From Tannockella kyphosi (GTDB lineage: Bacteria > Bacillota_I > Bacilli_A > Erysipelotrichales > Coprobacillaceae), in the NCBI RefSeq assembly GCF_021054785.1, contig NZ_CP088239.1, positions 1,050,001 through 1,082,000 of the forward strand: DNA of 32,000 nt. The letters are read 5' to 3'. A model generated the notes under the pieces. The model saw only the letters and a list, made by a program, of their open reading frames with translations, was not told the origin of the DNA and searched no databases. Both the position numbers and the translations under genes were made by a program. Within the stretch, counting starts at the first letter, position 1. Every line of letters begins with the position of its first letter. Shown here piece by piece: positions 27,220-32,000 of the stretch.

Positions 27220-27313
27220 GGCTGTTAGGTGAATCGCATTTACACTAACATACCCCTATTATCACCCTTACGTGAAAATAATAGAAAAAGTATGCTCCCC
27301 CGCATACTTTTTT
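27220..27313 (+). ncRNA. Candidate small RNA of about 90 nt with C-rich unpaired motifs (RsaE/RoxS-like architecture)
   Basis: The region lies between the orphan promoter and a terminator. Hairpin 1 pairs UGUUAG(G)UG with CACUAACA (27223..27250). An ACCCCU linker sits at 27252..27257. A weak hairpin CUAUUAU/AUAAUAG (27256..27284) has CACCCU in its loop. The terminator AAAAAGUAUGC-UCCCCC-GCAUACUUUUU spans 27285..27312. There is no ATG inside. Confidence 0.4.
27285..27312. terminator. Bidirectional intrinsic terminator (DJ-1 operon on minus, candidate sRNA on plus)
   Basis: An 11-bp stem AAAAAGTATGC/GCATACTTTTT with a 6-nt loop, with A- and T-runs on both sides. It lies 8 nt downstream of the DJ-1 stop. 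Confidence 0.75.
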
Positions 27314-27319
27314 GCTTTC

Positions 27320-27865
27320 TTATTTTGAATATAACATTGCTTGTTTTAAAGAACTTGTATCTTTGCCAAGCATATTAGCAATCGCAAATGCAAATTCAAA
27401 AGTAGTTGCTGGTCCTTGACTCGTAATTAACTTTCCATCAATAACAACAGCTTGATTTAAATAATTAGCTTCACTTAAGACATCCTCAAACTCTTTTGCA
27501 GGATAACTAGTGAGGTTTTTGTTTTTATGAATACCTGCTTTACTAAGGCAAATAGGAGCAGCACAAATAGCACCGATATATTTATTTTCTTGATCGAAAT
27601 ATTGCAAAGCTTCGATAACACGACAATCATCTCGCATATTCGTTGCTCCTGGCATTCCACCAGGTAAAATGATCATATCATATTCATAGATATCATTATC
27701 TAGTAGTTTATCTGCTAATACAGTAACATTACGGCTACTTTTTACAGGATAATCTTTATTAATAGTTATTGTATCAACATGTATATCTAATCTTCTCAAA
27801 ACATCGACTACCAAAAGTGCTTCTACTTCTTCAAATCCATTTGCTAAAATAACTGCTACTTTCAT
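27320..27865 (-). CDS. DJ-1/PfpI (ThiJ/YajL-type) family protein
   Basis: 181 aa with LPGG, the nucleophile-elbow Cys in GAICAAP and a C-terminal ITSQGPATTFEFA. The start overlaps the upstream stop as TAATG, with SD AAGGAGGAAG. Confidence 0.9.
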   Translation of the reverse strand: MKVAVILANGFEEVEALLVVDVLRRLDIHVDTITINKDYPVKSSRNVTVLADKLLDNDIYEYDMIILPGGMPGATNMRDDCRVIEALQYFDQENKYIGAICAAPICLSKAGIHKNKNLTSYPAKEFEDVLSEANYLNQAVVIDGKLITSQGPATTFEFAFAIANMLGKDTSSLKQAMLYSK

Positions 27866-28167
27866 TATACTTCCTCCTTATAATAAGCTAGTTTCTTTTT
27901 TCTTTCTGGTGATAAATAACTAGCAAAATCTACTTTTCCTTCAAAGATAGGATAAATTTCAAAAAAAGCTCTACTTAAAATTAAATCTTTCATAATAGTA
28001 TGTTTTATTTTCCGTTGAACTACTTCAAATTCCTCCTGTGTAGTTACTTCTAAATAAATGCGAGGTTGTTTTACTTTCGTGATTTTTACCTCTAAATCAA
28101 TAAATAAATGTGTTTCAATAAAGGCTGCTATTCTTTTATACTGCCCACCAATTAGTACTAGTTCCAT
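27865..28167 (-). CDS. Hypothetical 100-aa cytoplasmic protein, translationally coupled to the DJ-1 gene
   Basis: The ORF has SD AGGAGAATAG and no TM segment or motif I recognise. Its codon usage looks like that of its neighbours. Confidence 0.55.
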   Translation of the reverse strand: MELVLIGGQYKRIAAFIETHLFIDLEVKITKVKQPRIYLEVTTQEEFEVVQRKIKHTIMKDLILSRAFFEIYPIFEGKVDFASYLSPERKKKLAYYKEEV

Positions 28168-28237
28168 TATCTATTCTCCTAATTTATGTTTTTATTTTAT
28201 AACATTTTGAATAGCTATGCAACTCTTTAAAGATAAC

Positions 28238-29122
28238 TTAACGAAACTCAAAACCAGCATTTTGATAACTTTTTTCAAGGATAACTTCTTCTTTTTTACG
28301 AATCATAAACTCGATATTAGCGTCAATACTTTCATTCACGATTTCTACCATTTCTCCTAATTTAGGTGCTTGTAAGTTGCAACCTTTCGAACACTCTATT
28401 TCCATACTCATTAACATACTTCCTTGTTTTATTTCTAAAAAACAATATTCTTTATCTCTTTGCATATAACGAACCCTTGCTCCTAAATAACTAGCAAACA
28501 AATATTCTTTTTCCATTGTTTTATAGACAAATATAACACCTTGAAAAGATGATTTTAAAAAAGGTATCTTTGCAACACTACCAAATAAACTAGATTCACT
28601 ATCATTTGCTTGAAACCAAATATAATGCTTAGGAAAACTAGATCCCCAATCTTTTTCTAAATACGCTTGTCCGTGCATTACATAGCATTGCTTCTCTCGA
28701 TAAAGATATCCTCCAATTAGTGCATTCATAAAGATAATACCATGATTACATTCCATAGTACTTAGATAACTAAAAGGTCCCATAATCGTAGGTATATACT
28801 TAGAAGTTTTTAATTTTATAGGTTGATAGAAACGTATTCTTGCTTTTATCATCAATGATTCATCTAATAAGTATAATTGATGATCATTAAACATATTTAT
28901 CCCTATATAAAAACAATCTTTATTATGATCATAATAGAAATCTTCTAGTTTATATTTGATAAGTTGATAACAATACGTTTCATCAAATAACTGTATAAAT
29001 GCATATTTAGTTGTTAAACCAATAATAACAACTAATTTCTTATCTTCATAATTAATTCGATAATACCAACCTTCAAAATAATTATTATTCTTTGTTGTAT
29101 GTAACAACATTTGTTTTTTCAT
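28238..29122 (-). CDS. Tocopherol-cyclase-family (VTE1-like) protein of unknown function
   Basis: N-terminal YFEGWYYR and central YLEKDWGSSFPKHYIWFQAN match the two signature blocks I associate with the tocopherol cyclase family. SD AAGAGGTGGA lies upstream. Confidence 0.6.
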   Translation of the reverse strand: MKKQMLLHTTKNNNYFEGWYYRINYEDKKLVVIIGLTTKYAFIQLFDETYCYQLIKYKLEDFYYDHNKDCFYIGINMFNDHQLYLLDESLMIKARIRFYQPIKLKTSKYIPTIMGPFSYLSTMECNHGIIFMNALIGGYLYREKQCYVMHGQAYLEKDWGSSFPKHYIWFQANDSESSLFGSVAKIPFLKSSFQGVIFVYKTMEKEYLFASYLGARVRYMQRDKEYCFLEIKQGSMLMSMEIECSKGCNLQAPKLGEMVEIVNESIDANIEFMIRKKEEVILEKSYQNAGFEFR

Positions 29123-29166
29123 ATTCCACCTCTTTGTACTATATTTACAAAACTTTAAAATATGAA

Positions 29167-29188
29167 AAGAATCTCCGAAGAGATTCTT
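29167..29188 (-). terminator. Intrinsic terminator after the HAD / small-membrane-protein pair
   Basis: AAGAAUCUC-UUCG-GAGAUUCUU (minus-strand RNA) has a UUCG tetraloop and is followed by a U-rich tract. It overlaps the stop codon at 29187..29189. Confidence 0.7.
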
Positions 29189-29417
29189 AATCTTTGATTA
29201 CTTTTTTAATTATTTCATTTGATTTTTCTAAAACTGGATTGATGCTATCTAATTGGATTTGAATATCATCTAATTGATGATTTGTAGTTAGAATCTCTTG
29301 TTCTTTTTGTTTCCATTTCTTTTGTGTTTCGTGAAGCCATTCATTGCTTTTTAATAGAATAATACAACCTACTAATACAAAAGCAATAATTCCGACCATA
29401 TATAATAGATAAATCAT
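29187..29417 (-). CDS. Small membrane-anchored coiled-coil protein (hypothetical)
   Basis: One N-terminal TM helix (MIYLLYMVGIIAFVLVGCIILL) followed by a Q/K/E-rich helix. The preferred start is ATG 29417 (SD GGTGGA), overlapping the HAD stop as TAATG. The track ORF starts at 29429. Confidence 0.5.
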   Translation of the reverse strand: MIYLLYMVGIIAFVLVGCIILLKSNEWLHETQKKWKQKEQEILTTNHQLDDIQIQLDSINPVLEKSNEIIKKVIKD

Positions 29418-30178
29418 TAGTCTATCCACCCAAAATGTTTACAAGCATATTCTATTCCATCGTCATCATTTCTTTTCGTTACAAAGGTAGCAATTTCTTT
29501 TAATTCATCAATTGCATTACCCATTGCAATCGACATATGAGCTTGTTGCATCATTGATAAATCATTCTTTCCATCTCCAAAAACAACAACATCTTTTAAA
29601 TCAGCATGATAATGTTTAATGACATCTTGAATACCAATAAACTTATCTAAAGGTTCCACAATAATATCTGTTTCATGATAACGAACATATCCTAAATCAT
29701 GTACTCTTTGTAAACTTGCTTCTTGTTCAAGAGTACATTTAATAAATATTTTATAAATATCTTTTACATCTTGAAAACTATCTATTTCTTTGATTGTATG
29801 TGGCATTTCTGAACTATAGATTACTTTACTACAACTATAAAGAACTTGTTCATTGTCTATTTGACAAGCAAAAGTAATGTTCTTATCAATTAATTCATCG
29901 ATTATTCCCTTTGATAACTGTCTATCTAATGGTTTAATCCATTGAATTTCTCCATTCAATGTTACACCATTACCACCATCACTAACCATATTTAGAAATC
30001 CATTTTCAATAGCAAAAGGCTTTGCAAAATGTTCTCCACGACCAGTAGCTATTGCTACAAAATGACCATTATCTCTTAGCTTTTGTAATGTTTTTTTTGT
30101 TGATTCTAAAACAATTCCACCTGGATTTTGATTCGTAAGTGTTCCATCAATATCAAAAAATATATATTTCTTTTCCAT
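29417..30178 (-). CDS. Cof-type HAD-IIB phosphatase
   Basis: Motif I FFDIDGTL, motif II ATGR and motif III/IV FGDGKNDLSM. Confidence 0.9.
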   Translation of the reverse strand: MEKKYIFFDIDGTLTNQNPGGIVLESTKKTLQKLRDNGHFVAIATGRGEHFAKPFAIENGFLNMVSDGGNGVTLNGEIQWIKPLDRQLSKGIIDELIDKNITFACQIDNEQVLYSCSKVIYSSEMPHTIKEIDSFQDVKDIYKIFIKCTLEQEASLQRVHDLGYVRYHETDIIVEPLDKFIGIQDVIKHYHADLKDVVVFGDGKNDLSMMQQAHMSIAMGNAIDELKEIATFVTKRNDDDGIEYACKHFGWID

Positions 30179-30278
30179 AATTTATCCTGATATACCTACA
30201 ATGAAGTTATATATCTTTCCCCTTTTTGTATTATAACAAGATTCTATTAAAAAAGAAATAAATTACAAGAAATGAAAA

Positions 30279-30740
30279 TTACTCTGTACTTTTTTGTTTT
30301 ATTTCCGTTACTTCTTTTGATTCTTTATCAATAGTAACTTCATAATAATTAACACCATCACTTACAATAGCACTATATGTTCCTTCTTCTTCTTGATAAG
30401 TGATATCACTAATAGTAGCTTGATCAAATTGTTCTAATGCTAAGTCACGTGCGGAATCTTCATCAAATTCTTCTTCTTGGATATCACTTAAATCTTTTGA
30501 AATAATACTTCCATCACTTGCATCTACTTTTACATCATAGTTTTTTCCATCTTGTGTAATTGTAAATAAATAATGTGGTGTTTGATCATCTAAGTTTTCT
30601 TGAAAACTTAGAACATCCCCATTAATTTGCTCTAATGCTTTTGTTTGAGCATCTTCTAGTGCCATCATTTCTGATTTACTACAAGCTGTTAATAAAACTA
30701 AAAACAAAAAGAAACTTATTTTTTTAACTATATTTTTCAT
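30279..30740 (-). CDS. Lipoprotein with two PepSY-like repeats
   Basis: Signal peptide plus lipobox MKNIVKKISFFLFLVLLTA-C. Two repeats of the A..A......G.V......D......Y.V.....G..Y.V.VDA..G pattern are present. The preferred start is ATG 30740 (SD AAAGGAGA). Confidence 0.7.
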   Translation of the reverse strand: MKNIVKKISFFLFLVLLTACSKSEMMALEDAQTKALEQINGDVLSFQENLDDQTPHYLFTITQDGKNYDVKVDASDGSIISKDLSDIQEEEFDEDSARDLALEQFDQATISDITYQEEEGTYSAIVSDGVNYYEVTIDKESKEVTEIKQKSTE

Positions 30741-30747
30741 ATAAAAA

Positions 30748-30781
30748 TCTCCTTTCAATATAAGTATGGCTTGAAAGGAGA
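30748..30781 (-). terminator. Terminator-like hairpin whose 3' arm contains the SD of the PepSY lipoprotein gene
   Basis: The minus-strand RNA UCUCCUUUCAA-(12 nt)-UUGAAAGGAGA has a perfect 11-bp stem and is followed by UUUUUAUAUG. It begins 12 nt after the ABC exporter stop. Confidence 0.55.
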
Positions 30782-30793
30782 AAAAAATGTAAT

Positions 30794-32000
30794 TTATTGA
30801 AATTGTCGATGAAATAAAGATGCATATTGTCCTTTATGATCTAATAAGGCTTGATGATTCCCATCTTCAATGATTCCATTTTCACCTAAAACCAGAATGC
30901 GATCCGCATTTTGGATTGTTGTTAAACGGTGTGCAATCACTAATGTAGTTCTATTTTTAGCTAGTGATTCTAATGATTTTTGAACAACATGTTCACTTTC
31001 ATTATCTAATGCACTAGTTGCTTCATCAAAGATTAAAATTGGAGGATTTTTTAAAAATACTCTTGCTATTGATAAACGTTGTTTTTGACCACCAGATAAC
31101 TTAATACCACGTTGACCACAATCTGTATCATAACCATGTTCTAAGTCCATAATAAAATCATGAGCATTGGCTTTTTTAGCAGCTTCTATTACTTCTTGGT
31201 CTGTTGCATTTAAATTACCATAACGGATATTATCCATAATAGATCCTGCAAACAAATAAACATCTTGTTGTACAATACCAATATTATGACGTAATGAAGA
31301 AAGTGTAACATCTTCTATAGATTGCCCATCTATTTCTATTTTACCACTAGTTAATTCGTAGAATCTTGGTATTAGAGAACAAATAGTAGTTTTTCCAACA
31401 CCTGATGTACCAACAAAAGCAATATATTGTCCTGCTTTAATATCTAAATTAATATTTTTTAGAACATAATCCATTTTATCATTATAACGGAAAAATACAT
31501 TTTCAAAATGAATACTTCCTGTAACATCATGTAATAGCTTAGCATCTTTTTTATCTTGGATTTCAGGTTCTACTTCCATAATTTCCATAAAACGATCAAA
31601 ACCAGCTGCACCTTCTTGGAATTGTTCTGTAAAGTTAATTAGTTTTTTAATAGGATCCGTTAGATTTGTTATGTATAACATAAATGCTACTAAATCAGAA
31701 ATATCTAAACTCCCCTTTGCTACATATAAAGAACCAAAGAAAATAACTACTAAAGAAATAGAACTAATAAAAACACCCAACCCTCCATGATATTTTCCCA
31801 TGTAAGAATAACTGTTATCTTTACTTGCTACATATTGACTATTTGAATGATGAAATTTTTCCATTTCTCTTTGTTCATTCGCAAAACTTTTTACAACACG
31901 AATACCTGATAAATTATCTTCAATAGTCTCATTAATATTACCAATCGTTTCTTTGTTACGTTTAAATGCACGTTTCATTTTACGATTATAATAGAAAGCA
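30794..32000 (-). CDS. ABC exporter, fused permease/ATPase (MsbA/LmrA type), C-terminal part (gene continues past the right edge)
   Basis: Walker A GTSGVGKTT, signature [13 protein letters not shown], Walker B ILIFDEATSALD and H-loop IAHRL. The TMD tail lies upstream. The frame stays open from 31978 to 32000 (..AFYYNRK-MKRAF..), so the track's M is internal. Confidence 0.9.
   Translation of the reverse strand, partial: AFYYNRKMKRAFKRNKETIGNINETIEDNLSGIRVVKSFANEQREMEKFHHSNSQYVASKDNSYSYMGKYHGGLGVFISSISLVVIFFGSLYVAKGSLDISDLVAFMLYITNLTDPIKKLINFTEQFQEGAAGFDRFMEIMEVEPEIQDKKDAKLLHDVTGSIHFENVFFRYNDKMDYVLKNINLDIKAGQYIAFVGTSGVGKTTICSLIPRFYELTSGKIEIDGQSIEDVTLSSLRHNIGIVQQDVYLFAGSIMDNIRYGNLNATDQEVIEAAKKANAHDFIMDLEHGYDTDCGQRGIKLSGGQKQRLSIARVFLKNPPILIFDEATSALDNESEHVVQKSLESLAKNRTTLVIAHRLTTIQNADRILVLGENGIIEDGNHQALLDHKGQYASLFHRQFQ

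Noticed and set aside
27128-27319. tRNA, SRP (4.5S/scRNA) or riboswitch identity for the structured intergenic region
   Set aside because: There is no cloverleaf and no T-loop GTTCRANNC. There is no SRP domain IV motif (GGAA tetraloop with flanking AGCA/GGUG symmetric loop), and I could not match any known riboswitch core. It is treated as a novel sRNA candidate instead.
27475-27660. 61-aa same-strand, out-of-frame ORF inside the DJ-1 gene
   Set aside because: It is fully nested in the DJ-1 reading frame, which carries the conserved catalytic Cys motif. It has no SD and no recognisable features.
1-32000. Alternative genetic code (TGA = Trp, Mollicutes-like), considered because of the very low GC
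   Set aside because: All housekeeping proteins are full-length and colinear under the standard code used for the track. Trp positions in conserved motifs are TGG, so code 11 applies.
1-32000. CRISPR arrays, insertion sequences, integrases, prophage or toxin-antitoxin/defence cassettes
   Set aside because: No regularly spaced direct repeats, terminal inverted repeats or transposase/recombinase-like ORFs were seen. Every ORF above about 80 aa is accounted for by housekeeping or metabolic families, or by small membrane proteins.

Overview
This is an AT-rich, standard-code Firmicute chromosomal core segment. About 35 genes are tightly packed, and all but two (ttcA-like, spoVB/murJ-like) lie on the minus strand. 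Gene order resembles a compacted version of Bacillus-type housekeeping neighbourhoods: ezrA-like; truB-ribF; tyrS / ccpA-like / ytxH / ytxG / murC; hisS-aspS plus an M24 peptidase; recJ-apt-relA; and a comN-like gene divergent from a spoVB-like flippase. The source is probably an Erysipelotrichia- or Clostridia-grade low-GC lineage (inference only). Three T-box leaders are readable directly from the sequence. They sit upstream of tyrS (UAC), hisS-aspS (overlapping GAC/CAC) and an amino-acid ABC transporter plus aminotransferase operon (CGC, Arg-like). I saw no rRNA or tRNA genes, CRISPR arrays, transposases, integrases, prophage or recognisable defence genes, and no clear-cut novel multi-gene system. 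The observations most worth a second look are: (1) an orphan plus-strand promoter, C-rich structured region and terminator at about 27190-27313 that looks like an unannotated RsaE/RoxS-style small RNA; (2) a self-contained operon of an ATP-grasp ligase plus two serine esterases of unknown function; (3) an apparent 1-nt frameshift splitting the essential murC; (4) the specificity of the T-box leaders; (5) a tocopherol-cyclase-family protein in a non-photosynthetic context. All product calls rest on my reading of motifs in the supplied translations. No database search was run.
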